Position numbers and translations under genes: made by a program. DNA of 64,000 nt from an uncultured delta proteobacterium (GTDB lineage: Bacteria > Myxococcota_A > Polyangia > Polyangiales > B10-G4): positions 1 through 64,000 of the forward strand of contig CAVSGI010000012.1 of NCBI GenBank assembly GCA_963727445.1. Reading direction: 5' to 3'. Shown one piece after another: positions 1 through 11,663 of this stretch. The notes beneath the pieces were generated by a model that worked only from the letters and a program-made list of their open reading frames with translations, was not told the DNA's origin and did no database searches. Position 1 is the stretch's first letter. Each line of letters starts with the position of its first letter.

Positions 1-134
1 CGGCTCGAATCGGGCGCGACCCCATCCGTTTCCCCGGAGGCATCCACGCCTCCGTCCTCGGACGGAGGCATCGGGAGTGGGGAGGCGAGCCCCCCGATGC
101 CTACCGCCGCCACGATGGCGACGACACGCATCGC

Positions 135-3100
135 TCAGTCCGTGCGGGTCCAGTAGATGTAGTTCAGGAGGACCTGGACGTCTTCAATCCAATCGAATCT
201 CACGCCCGGCTCATCCCAGACGCGAACGACGTACGTGCCATCCAGCGGTCGTCCTCGGAGCTCTCTATGAAGGTAGGGTTCTGCTAGGGAGCGGTCCGCT
301 GACGAGAGCGGGTTGGTCAGGTATCGCTCTGCCACCAAACCGCGGCCGTGCTCAATCCGACCGGTGAAGAGAGGTGCGTCGTAATCCTCGCCTCGATGAT
401 TACCCACGCGTGTCGGGTCCGATGTGCTCGATGGTTGCTTGGGATGAATCCGGCGGCGTAGCAGGATGATGGGTAGTCCGAACCGGAGCAGTCCCGAAGC
501 TGAGTCCCCACGAAGTTGAGCCCGATTGTGTCGGCCCAGTAATTGAAGTTCCCGCGAGCAAAACCTCCGTTTCGGATAGTTCGCCCGCGTTCGATATCGC
601 GCTGGGTAACGATCAGTTTGTCTCCCAGTAGCAGTGATTCGCTCCTTCTCGGCCATCACAACCGCGGCCAAAGCCCTCCCCGCAAAGGCGCATACATCGG
701 TACCTCCAGCGGCCTCTGAACACGTCGCCGGTCGTGTCCTCACAGACGGGCTGTGGGCGGGTGAGCGTGGTCCCGGTGTTGGCAAACACCTTGGGAGGCT
801 GCAAAGTGGGATCAGGAGCAATCTCGCCAACTACGTCGGTGACGTCCTCCAGCATCAGAGCCGCCACGTCGACCTCTTGAGGCATGATGTCTCCCGAGCC
901 TGGGGGTTGTGGCACGAATCCCACTCGAAGCTCTTCGTCGTCATTCAAGTCGAAGAGGGCCCACCGGCGTTCCCACGAACCCAAGGCCACCTCTGAACCT
1001 TGTGTGGCCCCGGAGATGACAAACCTCCCCATCACTAGTTCGCCAAACGTCGACCGCCTGGGCAGGAGTCGGACCACCTCCAACGGACGCCGCGTACCAT
1101 GAAATTCTGTAACGGCCGCTCGCCAGGCTCACAGTTTGAGCCAACGCCGAGTCGACGGTCAGTCCACAGTTCGTCGTACCCGCATTGCACCCTGTCCCGG
1201 CGACGATATCGCCAAATGAAATTCGTGCCCACAACGGATCGAGGAGCGGGTGATCCGTCGCGAATGGACTCGTCTCGGATCGCTGGCTATCCGTGAGGGG
1301 CATCGCCACGACGCAGTTCGGTCGGAGCACTCCTGCGTCATCCATGCATCCGCCGGGCTCGAGGTCCCAGCCTCCAACCTCGGAACCCGGCGATGCGGTG
1401 AACTGGCCCGCATTGAAAAGCAGGTTGCCCACTGGGGCATCGCATACCGCACGTGCGCCGACAACGTCATCCCTGAGAGAGATAACGGCCGTGTCCCGAG
1501 CGTTTTGGAATGGATAGTCCAGCCTGTACGACTCGACCACAAGCTCGAGTTTGGTCACGTAGTCGCCGATGTAGCCGTTGGCGAAGCTATCGATATTCAG
1601 ATCCGTCGCATCGCGGATCCGGGCGTAGTCGACGCCTTCCAGGGTGCACAACTCGGCCTCCCATGTCGACGGTGCAGAAACCAGCGCCATGTCGTCACGA
1701 AGTGTTCCGAGTCTCATGCCAAGTCGCTGCTCGACTGCGCGCTTGGCGAGGTAGGCCATCCTGATCGCGTTCTGCTTTGCTCGTTCGTACCGAACGCGAT
1801 CCGTGTCGTACCGACGGCGCATCACAGTGTTGACGTTGTAGTGCACTCCAGACATGGCGTCGGTGTCCAACACGGCTGCTCTTGCGAGGAGTCGCCTTCC
1901 CCGACGCCGCTGGGTTTCCAGCTCTGCGAGCTGGGCATCGATCTCCTCGAGCGCCGCGGATATTCGCGTTGCGAATCCCTCCAGCGCCGTCGTTCGACTC
2001 GTAAACCGATCCCTGAAGTTCACTACTTCGAGCTCGGAGGCCAGCTCCCCATCGTCAGCGGCCAACCCTCGGATCTGGTCCGCAAATGCGATCTGAGCGA
2101 TTGAGTTGGCGCAAGTCGCAGCCGCACCGAGGTCGAAGTTCTCGACTCGAGCCGAGCACGCGGCGAGTTGGGTCGACACGGTCGACATGAACTCGACATC
2201 ACGGATCTCAGCCTGGATCTCGTTTCTCAGCATCGCGATTCTGAGAGCGTCGATATCTGCGGCCAGGTGATGCACCTCAGCGCTCATCAACCCGGAGACT
2301 TCTGCAAGCTCCACGAGGTTGGCTCGGATGGAGGAGACGCTCGCACCGTAGCTCCCTCCAAGCGCAGGATAGGCCCCCCCCACGGCTTCGGTTCGCAGCG
2401 CATCGAGCGCGCGCAGAGGGAAATTGGCAAAGAGCGTCAACGCGGCACGCCCCTCGATGTCATTCGCGACACAGTCGAAGTAGTCTCGAATCCGTGGCAA
2501 GTCGTCCACGCCATTCAATCGTGGCGGTGTGGAGCTACATGCCTGACCGCGTGTCAGGGTTCCTGCTTCGCAGATCAACTCGACCGCATCCAAAGTGGCT
2601 TGGGTAGTCAAATCCCACTGGCACGAGAGTCGGCCACGGGTATCCAACTCGTAGGAGTCACAGGGTGTAGCGGCGATGTTCCAAAAGTTCCCGCCAACAA
2701 CGTTTGCACTGCGACCGGAAGTGAGTGGATCCTCGCCGGTCGCTGGCCCGTACATCAGGCTGTCGTACGGCGCCGAGAAACTGCCGGCTGCCGCATCCTG
2801 TATCACTGCGTCCGGGGAGAACCGGCGATTCGAGGATAGAAGGTCGCTAATCCATGGACCGACGTCCTCCCACGTTCGGCTGGGTGTTGGACCAAGGCCA
2901 CTCCAAACCGTCGACAAAAACCGAGTCCCATCGTCCGAGAACAGGTCGTGATAGCCGCTCGAGTCTGTCTTGTCGAAGATGACGAGAGCGCCGTCAGTAT
3001 CGCAGAGCGATGAATGCTCCACCGGGCCCGTCCCAAGAATCTGAGTCCAGAGAGTCGGAGATGCGCCGGGTGTGCAGTAGGACCGGTGATCGAAGTGAAT

Positions 3101-6039
3101 TGCGTCGTACTGGGTCGCGCTGCCAACCCTCAAGGCGCCGTGGATGCCGGGCAGGATCTCCGAGAAGCCCGTGACGTCGTCGGGAATGCCTTGGGCAGGA
3201 TCAGCTTTCCACGGAAATCGAATGCCGTCGTAGCCAGTCGCAGTCAAGTACCGGGCTGCCACGACTGCGCGCGCCAAACGGTCGTTGAAGTAGGCTCGAT
3301 TCTCCCGATCGGCACAATTCGTGGTGGCGTCCACCTCGGAGCAGAGCAATCCGGTCCGGCCGTTGCCTGCCGGATCGCATCCGAGCGCCATTGGGGGTGC
3401 GCCACAAGGCCAGTCCGAAAGCAGGCTAGGATCCGAGTACAGGTCGCCCGTCGTAATCCAAGGCGTGCCGCTCAGAGTCACAGTTGACGTGTCGAACGGA
3501 TGCGCCTCCCAACCGATGGACCTCGCAATCGTTTGGATCCGGTCCGGGTCGAAGTAGCCGCTGTTCAGAATCGTTTGATATGCGGCGTACCAGACCAGCG
3601 GATCAGCTTCGCTGGCCAGTCCACGAAGGGTTCGGATCGCGTCACAGGGAGCGGGGCCTCCAAAGCCGACAGAGGCTTCATTCGTGGCAAAATACCCTAG
3701 AGTTTCGTCAACCAGAACCCATTCTTGCGGGCCGGCACCATCTGGGTCGGCGGGGCAGGCGTCCGGGAGCGTGTCAGCGGAAGCCCGCGTCGGACACTCG
3801 ACGGACGCCGCCGGACAGAGTTCAACGCCCTCTCGGAGCACGCACAGTTGGGTGTCGCCGAGCGCAACGAAGTCTTGGATGGTATCGTCGCCTAGGCAGC
3901 TGAGGAGTCGTTGGAGATTTGGATCAGCGGACGTGTCGTCCTCGGCCACCGCCTCGGGATCTCGCACGCACGTTCCCAAGAAGCAAGTCTCGCCGGCGGC
4001 ACAACTCGTCGCAGGGCAGCCCGCGCTTCCAACCGCATCGCCGCCGTCTTCCGCGAATATCCCGTTGACGTCAATCGATGTCCCGCAGATCTGTTCGAGT
4101 TCTTCGAGCGCGGCTTCAGTACGTCGGTCTATCTCGAGCCCCTCCGCAATAACCCGTTCACCCAGCGCATCCGCTTCGTTCGCTGACTGCCGAGCCAGAT
4201 CGAGGTAGTAATGCCATGAATCCTCAACCGAGTCCCCGTCGTCGTTTAGCTCATTCTCCAGTGGGATTCGCTCGTCGAACGAAGTGCCGGCACAGGTCTC
4301 GCGGGCGTGCGTGCACCACTCCCTACTGGGCGTCAGGTACTGGGCGGCGAGCTCCGACAGCTCGGGCACAATGGGAAACATGTGAACGTAGTCGGAACCA
4401 GCCGGGATGTTCCAGCCGCCGGCGACGGACTCGTAGCTCGCAGGAGTATCCGCCGGATAGCCAGCCTTTCTGCGCAGCACGTAGTAACGCGTGATGCTGC
4501 TGTCGACTGCCCAGTACGTCCACTCGTCGAAGCCGGTGTCCGGTACCGTGGCCATTTGGGCGAGCGGATCAATTGCCCCCACATCACTCCACGTGCATGC
4601 CTCGCCTTCGATGGTTCCCTCAACCGCACATCTCAATCCGTCCGTGGAGGTAACGAGGGTTAGGTCATCGATATCCCATCCACTGATGTTCATGTGGAAG
4701 AGGGCGACGTAGCTTGGGTCGACCGTGTAGTACTGCAGGGCCAACCGCGCCGGGCGCTCTCGCGTCGCATCCGCTATGAAAGCACCCAGGGGGTCTCGGA
4801 CATCGATGGATGCCGTCGGCCAGGTTCCTGCGGTGAGCAAAGTGCCGGCCTCGGTAATGATGTAGTCCAACAGGTGTCCAAGGCCTCGCTGTGCGTAGGC
4901 TGCGTCTGGAAGTGCGTCCACATCGTCTACCGGCGCACCGTCGTACCTGCCAACTGTGGTGTAGTACTCTGCTGGAGGCGGCTCCGGATCGCTCACCATT
5001 GCCGCGTAACGGTCAAATGTGGTGAATCCACCTCCGGCAAGCTCCAAAGGCGGAGCGAGCTGGTCGAGGGAGCGATCGAACGCTTGGATCTCCTGGCGTA
5101 GATAGTCTCGTGCCTCCCTGAAATCATCGACAGCGAGACCAAAACGATCCGCGAACTGGCTAGCTGTGTCCGACGACCACTCGGTTTCGTTCCACAGTTC
5201 AGTGAGTCGCTTCCTCACACTGTCGAAGTTTGTATCGACGAGAATGGCCTCCGTGGATTGGAAGGTCTCCTCATTCGCGAGCGCGGATGGCTGGACGCCG
5301 GACTCTCGGTAGACATCGATGGCCGCGCGCGCGCGAGAAGAGAGCGGTGGTGCAGTGCAGAGCGCCGTCGACTGAGAAGACGCACCGAGCAAGGCGTCGT
5401 ACAGGCCATCCTCCCCCCCGACGAGCAGATGGACCGCACTCGCGCGGGACTGAAGGGGCGCTGAGAATGCCATCGTCGCGGCGGTCCGCGACGTCGCGTG
5501 CTCCGAGAAGTAGGCGTCAGCGAGGGCGAGTTCGTTGTTGGCCGCCGACGTACCAGCTTCCTTTGCGAGTTCAAATGCCTCGACGATGGCCATCGAAAGT
5601 GAACGACCAAGCGACTCATCGCTTGTGCCAGCTGGGTCGGTCAACTCTGCATCAGTACATGTCCCGGCACCACCCAGCCCGCCCGCCATGTGAAGCTCAG
5701 TCGTCGCGGTCTCCACGGCCATTCGTGCTTCGTCCATGGCCAAGCGTTGAAGCGCTGCATTGGTGGCGGTGCTTTGGGCTGGGACCTCCCATTGTATGGT
5801 CTCGAGCACCACAGGCTCGGAGACAATCCCGGCCATCTCCATCAACAGTTGTGCGGTACAGATGTGGCGATAGGCAAGGCAATGTGCGGCTGTACAGGCC
5901 GATGTTCCCGGACAATAGGGATTGAGGGGGTCGGCCAGGTAGGTTTCGCCTAGACGGCATTCCTTGTCGACGTCACTGATTATGTCCGCGGGGTCAACGT
6001 TGCGAACCTCTCCTGTTGTGAGTTCGATGTAGCGTACGG
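135..6039 (-). pseudogene. Giant (>1900 aa) Cys-rich myxobacterial protein with coiled-coil and Tc-toxin-A-like C-terminus; 5' end cut by IS21, several frameshifts near the 3' end
   Basis: ORFs 941..6046, 613..1083, 317..511 and 135..830 read as one protein across frame changes (…GGFARGNFNY…, …LRGRPLDGTYVVRVWDEPGVRFDWIEDVQVLLNY). The ATG at 6046 lies inside the IS21 end. The Tc similarity is recalled, not searched. Confidence 0.6.
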
Positions 6040-6252
6040 TGCGCATGTCGCCGAATATGAACGCCCATTTCGGGCCATCGTGATCACTCGTATCGCGGCA
6101 TCGTGATCACGGCTGTTGTGTCGTAGGGCGTCGTAGTTGTCGTTATCTCCTCGAAGTCGTCGATGATGCGGCAGCGGTGGCCGCTCGTCGAGCCGTCGCG
6201 GGCTCGGCACGCCGTCGCCGTGGCCGCGTCTGGGTCATCGGGCCCCTTGTGC

Positions 6253-6990
6253 TCAGCTCGCCGCTTCCTTTCGGCGGGACGGCCCCTTGAGTTCGACGCG
6301 GTGCGCGTTGTGCACGAGCCGGTCCAAGATGGCGTCGGCGAGCGTCGGGTCGCCGATCCACTCGTGCCATCGCTCGACCGGTAGCTGGCTCGTCACGACG
6401 GTCGAGTGAGCCCGGTAGCGGTCGTCGAGCACCTCGAGCAGGTCCTGCCGCTGCGCCTCCTTGAGGCCGCTGCCGAGGCCGAGGTCGTCGAGCAGCAGCA
6501 CGTCGTGCTTCGCGAGTTTCGCGAGCTGACGACGATACGTACCCTCGACACGCGCGAGCGCGAGCTCGTCGAGCAGCCGCGGCATGCGTCGATACAGCGT
6601 CTTGACGCCGCGTCGGCACGCCATCTGCCCGAGCGCGCAGCACAGGTAGCTCTTGCCCACGCCGGTCGCGCCCGTGATCAGCACGTTCAGGTGCCGCCCG
6701 ACCCAAGCGAGCGACCCGAGGTCGTGCACGAGTTGCCGTTCGAGACCGCGCTTCGACGACGTCTTCACGTCTTCCATGCACGCGTTCGAGATCCTCAGTT
6801 CTGCAGCTTTGAGCAGCCGCTTCAGCCGCCGGTTGTCGCGCGCGAGGTGCTCCGCGTCGACCAGCATCCCGAAGCGGTCGTCGAAGGACACCTTCGCGAG
6901 CTTCGCGTCGCCCCGCTGCTCCTCCCACGCCAGCGCCATCGCGCCCAAGCGCATCGCGTACAGCTTCTGCATCGTCGGTTCGTTCACCAT
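6253..6990 (-). CDS. istB: IS21 helper ATPase
   Basis: Walker A GATGVGKS, Walker B LLLDDLG, TSQLP…W…ADAILDRLVHNAH motif. Confidence 0.95.
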   Translation of the reverse strand: MVNEPTMQKLYAMRLGAMALAWEEQRGDAKLAKVSFDDRFGMLVDAEHLARDNRRLKRLLKAAELRISNACMEDVKTSSKRGLERQLVHDLGSLAWVGRHLNVLITGATGVGKSYLCCALGQMACRRGVKTLYRRMPRLLDELALARVEGTYRRQLAKLAKHDVLLLDDLGLGSGLKEAQRQDLLEVLDDRYRAHSTVVTSQLPVERWHEWIGDPTLADAILDRLVHNAHRVELKGPSRRKEAAS

Positions 6991-7003
6991 CTCGTCCTCC
7001 TTG

Positions 7004-8551
7004 TCAGTGGTAGTAGCCAGGACCACGCACGTTCGCGTGGTCCAGCGGCGCACGACTCTCGCCGCCGTCTTCGTCGTTCGCGCTCAGCGCCACGCCGAGC
7101 TTCAGGATCCGCGCGACCGTTCGGTACGACCGCCCGCCGTGCGTCAGCGCCCGCTCGCAAGCGCGCTCGATCTCCGCGGCGTCGTGCTTGTCCCCGAGCG
7201 ACCTCAGCCCCGACGCCGACCGAAAGGTCACCTCTCGATTGAAGTTCGAGTCGAAGATCGCGCGCATCATCGCCTCGGTGTGCGGCCCGATGCGCGCACC
7301 CCACGCGAGTAAGTGCGCCGGGTCCTTGTCCGCCCACCAGCGATGCTTCGCCGGCAAGTGTTCGCGATCCGTCGTGTGCCCACCGACCTCGTCGCTGCGC
7401 ACGTGACCGGCGACGCGCTTCATGCCGATGAAGGCCTCCACCGTTGCCGCCGTCACACGGATCTCGAGACGCTCGTGCGCGAGCGCCCAGGGCACCGAGT
7501 AGAAGTGCCCCTCGACCTTCACGTGGTAGTCCGCGCCTGCGCGCGCCTCCATCCACTCTGACGGCTCGAAGCGCTCCGCAGGCAGCGCGCCAAGCGCGGC
7601 GCGCTCGACCCGCTCGAAGAGCGCGCGGCGGCTCAGACCCCCGTATTTCTTCATCGGACGCGCGTTCAGCTCCTCGCGCAGCTCCGCGATTCGCGCGTTC
7701 AGCGCTTCGAGCGAGAAGAAGCGCTCGTTGCGAAGGCGCGCGAGGATCCACCGCTGCGCGACCTGCACCCCGACCTCCACCTTCGCCTTGTCCTTCGGCT
7801 TGCCCGGCCGCGCCGGCACGACGGCCATCCCGTAGTGACGACCAAGTTCGGCGAAGGTTCGCTGGATGCCGGGCTCGTACGCGCACGCCTTCGTCACCGC
7901 GCTCTTCAGTTGGTCCGGCACCGTCATCTCCGGCACGCCGCCGAAGTACTCGAGCGCGTTCGCGTTCGCGCCGACCCAGTCCGCCACGCGCTGCGTCGCC
8001 GTCGCCTCCACGTACGTCAGATTCGAGGCGCCGAGCACCGCGACGAAGAGCTCCACCTCGATGCGCTCGCCTGTCGCCGGGTCGATGATGTACGGCTTGT
8101 TCCCCGAGTAGTCCGTGAAGCACTTCTCGCCCGCCCGGTGGTTCTGGCGCATCACCGGCGCGCCGCGCTTCTTCCACTTCCGGTACACGTCGCAAAACGC
8201 CGTGTACCGGTAGCCGTCCGGGTGCTCCTGCAGGTACTCCAGGTGCAGCAGCTCCAGCGTCACGCCCTTGCGCTTCAGCTCGACGTGTAGCATCACCGGA
8301 TCTGGCTTCGGCCGCGCGTGCTTTCCCACTGACTTCGGCTCGCCGTACAGCCGCCGGTCGAGCTCCTCGTCCGCGAGCGCCTCCACCAAGGGCCACGTCA
8401 GCCCCAGGTGTCGCGCTCGTGCCTCCGTCTGCGACACCGCGCCCGTGCTCACGCCCAGGCTCCGCGCCGTTTCTCGCACCCTCAGACCGCGCTCCCAGCG
8501 CAGCCGCAGAATCTCCCGGATCTTTCTCACGGCCAGTCGCTCCCTCGCCAT
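7004..8551 (-). CDS. istA: IS21 transposase
   Basis: 515 aa; N-terminal HTH, FTDYSG / VPDQLKS / KDKAKVE DDE motifs. Confidence 0.95.
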   Translation of the reverse strand: MARERLAVRKIREILRLRWERGLRVRETARSLGVSTGAVSQTEARARHLGLTWPLVEALADEELDRRLYGEPKSVGKHARPKPDPVMLHVELKRKGVTLELLHLEYLQEHPDGYRYTAFCDVYRKWKKRGAPVMRQNHRAGEKCFTDYSGNKPYIIDPATGERIEVELFVAVLGASNLTYVEATATQRVADWVGANANALEYFGGVPEMTVPDQLKSAVTKACAYEPGIQRTFAELGRHYGMAVVPARPGKPKDKAKVEVGVQVAQRWILARLRNERFFSLEALNARIAELREELNARPMKKYGGLSRRALFERVERAALGALPAERFEPSEWMEARAGADYHVKVEGHFYSVPWALAHERLEIRVTAATVEAFIGMKRVAGHVRSDEVGGHTTDREHLPAKHRWWADKDPAHLLAWGARIGPHTEAMMRAIFDSNFNREVTFRSASGLRSLGDKHDAAEIERACERALTHGGRSYRTVARILKLGVALSANDEDGGESRAPLDHANVRGPGYYH

Positions 8552-8627
8552 CCGCCACCTCCTTCGAGGTCGCTGATGGGCTGAAACGACGCCCTACGTC
8601 ACGGTCTCAGCCGTGATCCCGTCCGCC

Positions 8628-8800
8628 GTGTTCACGATCCCGCGATATGGGCGTTCACGAACGCGATATGAGCGTTCACGAACGCGATCTCGCTGTTCAC
8701 GATGGCGATCTCGGCGTTCATGAACGCGATCTCAGCGTTCACGAACCGCCGATCTCGCTGTTCACGATGACGCGATTTGGGTGTTCACGATCGCGCGAGA
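8628..8800. repeat. Tandem ~21-bp subterminal repeats (GTTCACGA core) at the IS21 left end
   Basis: About 8 copies of GTTCA(C/T)GA…GCGAT; multiple transposase-binding repeats are typical of IS21 ends. Confidence 0.85.
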
Positions 8801-8879
8801 TCCGCAGATAGTCCGCACAAACGGCCTCCGCTCTCTCGGAGTGGGCGGCGAGTCACAGATCAAACCTTGAACTAAGCAC

Positions 8880-8966
8880 CTTTGGCACGCGATGTTCCCA
8901 CAGCTCTCCTCGTCTGGCTGCAGACCTGGCGTGTCTTCTTGTGAACATCGATGCCAATGTGCTCCA
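8880..8966 (-). pseudogene. Degenerate 5' fragment of an IS110 transposase
   Basis: Reads EHIGIDVHKKTRQVC, near-identical to the start of the transposase at 33523. Confidence 0.75.
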
Positions 8967-8994
8967 GAGGTCACGAAGCAGCTTGGTTCATGAT

Positions 8995-9053
8995 ACTACC
9001 TCGAAACTCGGGCATCCGGTCAGGGGGTTGGCTTCCGTAGAGCCGGAAACCGG
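8995..9053 (-). repeat. 123-bp repeat family, diverged left half (copy 1)
   Basis: Minus strand CCGGTTTCCGGCTCTACGGAAGCCAACCCCCTGACCGGATGCCCGAGTTTCG. Confidence 0.85.
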
Positions 9054-9167
9054 ACGGGGCATGGCCCCGAACGCAAATCAACCACTCGGGAGAGAAGCCC
9101 GTTGTCACCCCGAGAGGGTGACATGCGTTCGTCTCGCATCGCGCCAAGGTGGGCGCTCCTGACGTTC

Positions 9168-9935
9168 TCACGAACCTAAAGCTCCTGGAGGCATTGCTCC
9201 TCCCGAGCAGAACCAAAGGCGCATCGTGACCCGCTCAGGCGCCGCGACCATTAGGATCACAGGACCCGGTCCACCCGGTGCACCCGGCTGTGGGCGGGAC
9301 TCGTTCGTGACAAGATCGCGTCCTTCAGGTGGCGACGCGGTCGTCCAACCACCAAAACCCACCGCATCCTGACAGACGCACCGATTGGGGTGTTTCCAGA
9401 TCACCACAAAGCACTGACCATCGCACTCGCTCGCGGTCTCTGGCGCAATGCCTTGGATGTACGTCCGAAACGCATCGTCCCCGTCCGACGCTGGCAGGAC
9501 CGGGATGGAAGTTACGCGGTTGTGGCCAAACCCAAAGTCACACTCGAGTAGACCTTCGACGCCCGGCCTCACCACCCGCGACTCGCACCCCTCCAGTGGA
9601 AGATGCAGAATCTCCACACTCGGCGGGCACATCAATTCCGGCCATTCAGGATCGTGTTCCACTGAACCGTCCGTCTCGCCCCGAGCCGCATCCCCACCTA
9701 CCCAAGGCGTAGTGCTCGAGTAGCAGCCGCAGACCAACACGAACCCAAGCAGTTCGACGAATCCACAACGAGGTGCCGATCGTGAAGCCAGCTGCAAGCG
9801 TTCCGTTACTTCATGGGGATGAGCGGGCGTGACACACGCCAGAGGGGTGTACGTATGGAGCGAGGGACGACCATAGCGGTCGCTGTAGCAGTTGTCACTC
9901 TTGTCGTCTTGGGTGCGTCGGACGAACCGGTTCAT
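9168..9935 (-). CDS. Hypothetical Cys-containing secreted or lipoprotein; true start probably downstream of 9935
   Basis: Hydrophobic stretch FVELLGFVLVCGC followed by a Cys-rich domain. Confidence 0.45.
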   Translation of the reverse strand: MNRFVRRTQDDKSDNCYSDRYGRPSLHTYTPLACVTPAHPHEVTERLQLASRSAPRCGFVELLGFVLVCGCYSSTTPWVGGDAARGETDGSVEHDPEWPELMCPPSVEILHLPLEGCESRVVRPGVEGLLECDFGFGHNRVTSIPVLPASDGDDAFRTYIQGIAPETASECDGQCFVVIWKHPNRCVCQDAVGFGGWTTASPPEGRDLVTNESRPQPGAPGGPGPVILMVAAPERVTMRLWFCSGGAMPPGALGS

Positions 9936-10445
9936 GCGCAGCGACGGAGTATGTCAATTGAGTTCTGCTGGTTCCCGACCAGTGACAAAGAAGATTACAT
10001 TATCAACAATGTTTCACACGACAATTCCAGCGTCTCGAAGAATCTCGGCTGGGATGATGGCAATATCCGGTTGAAGATGAGCCAGTTTGGAGATCAATAC
10101 CTGTTCTGTCCCTTCATGAGTGATACCCTTTTCGATCATAGCAATAGCAATATCGCAGTGTTTGTCGAAGGGTGGAACGGACTGGGTGGAGGGACCATTG
10201 ACGTCAATGTCTGTGCCGATGAGCACTTCGGCATGAGCACCAGCTGCACTTCGACGACAACCCTCGTCAAGGCTGCGCAAGGACCTCTAGAGTTCGGGGT
10301 GTTTGCCTCCGATGCTGCGGGTGGTGGATGGATTGACACAACCGGAGTTGAGGACCGCAGTCAATGGTATCCATATACCGTTTATCACTTTCGTGACTTT
10401 GAGGCTCTATACCTGTCGGGCTACCGGGCGGAGGTATGCCAATGA
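9813..10445 (+). CDS. Secreted protein, paralogue 1 of 3
   Basis: Signal peptide; motifs FCW…EDY, LFCPFMSD, LSGY…C. Confidence 0.75.
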   Translation: MGMSGRDTRQRGVRMERGTTIAVAVAVVTLVVLGASDEPVHAQRRSMSIEFCWFPTSDKEDYIINNVSHDNSSVSKNLGWDDGNIRLKMSQFGDQYLFCPFMSDTLFDHSNSNIAVFVEGWNGLGGGTIDVNVCADEHFGMSTSCTSTTTLVKAAQGPLEFGVFASDAAGGGWIDTTGVEDRSQWYPYTVYHFRDFEALYLSGYRAEVCQ

Positions 10446-11125
10446 GATGCAGACTAGGGGTTGCCATTGCCACTCTGCTCGTATTCAGCGCTTCCTTCGT
10501 CTTCTCCAGCGTGCTGAAGGCCCAGTGCACGGGGGAAGCACTCCGGCCAAAGCCACGTCTCAACGACGTGTATCGACGCTACCACCCATCGGCGTGCTGG
10601 GTAGAAACTGACTACATGGAAGACTACGTCGTCACGGTGGATGGGATCGCGAATCAAAGTAATAACTTCTTCTCCCGCCGGCGAAACGTGTACTGCCCTA
10701 TCATTAATGATGATCTGATGAGCAATGAGCTTTGGAACCAATACACCCAGATTCTGCTTTCGGGATACGACTCGCGCGCTAACATCAATGATAAGGACAA
10801 CATTCTCATCGCAACACACTGCATTGCGGATCCCTATGGGCTGACAACCGAGTGCGACAAACAGACCTGGAGTGGTGGCAAGGGTGCTCCAAATGGGTGC
10901 TACGGCTCGAACGGCTACTACTGGGACATGGATCCTGAGTGCGCAATCAACTACCCATCTGGGAGTTACACCCTGAACTTAGATGTACAGCGAACATCTG
11001 GCCGCGGAGACTGGGAGAGCTTCATAGCTCTGTCGTTGGCTAAGGGCACTGACACAAGCATCACCGGATATGAGGTCTCTTTCTGCAGCCCCGGAGCAAC
11101 CTGCGATGCGTGGCCCGACTGCTAG
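10442..11125 (+). CDS. Secreted protein, paralogue 2 of 3
   Basis: ATGA overlap with the previous gene; ACW…EDY, VYCPIIND, ITGY…FC. Confidence 0.75.
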   Translation: MRCRLGVAIATLLVFSASFVFSSVLKAQCTGEALRPKPRLNDVYRRYHPSACWVETDYMEDYVVTVDGIANQSNNFFSRRRNVYCPIINDDLMSNELWNQYTQILLSGYDSRANINDKDNILIATHCIADPYGLTTECDKQTWSGGKGAPNGCYGSNGYYWDMDPECAINYPSGSYTLNLDVQRTSGRGDWESFIALSLAKGTDTSITGYEVSFCSPGATCDAWPDC

Positions 11126-11663
11126 GGAGCTTGTGTGGGTAGCTCTGGTGTTAGCAACTGGAGCGGCTGGCGCATTCGCTCTTTCTTCGAGCTCTTCACC
11201 AACCGAGAGAGATGACGCACCTCGGGACCCCACGGTATCAGCAGTTGCGCAGAACCAACAGAATGTCGCCTCAGCGCCTCGCCAGTTGTCTGACGGCGGG
11301 CTCAGCAGGGATACCTATGTGGAGCAGCTGCGTGAGCGCGTGTCGACTGACTTGGCCAACTTCCAATCAGAACCCTTGGATGAGGAGTGGGCGGTATCGT
11401 CATCCGATCTTCTTCGCAGGAACTTGGCGGACGCAACGGCTGACTCCGAAGTTGAGATAGTCGAGGTGGAGTGCCGTAGTACGACCTGTGTCGCCACGAT
11501 TAGGTGGCCGAGCTACCAAACCGCATTTGGTTCCTACCGCGGACTTTTGGTTCAACCCTACTCGGTGAACTGTCGGCGCAGCATGAGTGTGCCACCACCG
11601 GCCGATCCGACAATATCCTACGAAGCACACCTCTTCTTTCGCTGTGAGAGAACCCGGTCATGA
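11070..11663 (+). CDS. Membrane-anchored hypothetical protein (EPxDxxWA…VECRSTTC motif)
   Basis: N-terminal TM helix; EPLDEEWA and VEVECRSTTC. Confidence 0.7.
   Translation: MRSLSAAPEQPAMRGPTARELVWVALVLATGAAGAFALSSSSSPTERDDAPRDPTVSAVAQNQQNVASAPRQLSDGGLSRDTYVEQLRERVSTDLANFQSEPLDEEWAVSSSDLLRRNLADATADSEVEIVEVECRSTTCVATIRWPSYQTAFGSYRGLLVQPYSVNCRRSMSVPPPADPTISYEAHLFFRCERTRS

Larger units (their letters stand above)
6040..8806 (-). mobile_element. IS21-family insertion sequence
   Basis: Ends TGCGCATGTCGCCGAATATGAAC (6040) and, on the minus strand, TGCGGATCTCGCGCGATCGTGAAC (8806); istA-istB pair inside. Confidence 0.9.

Noticed and set aside
8628..8800. Mini-CRISPR or iterons
   Set aside because: Explained as IS21 subterminal repeats.
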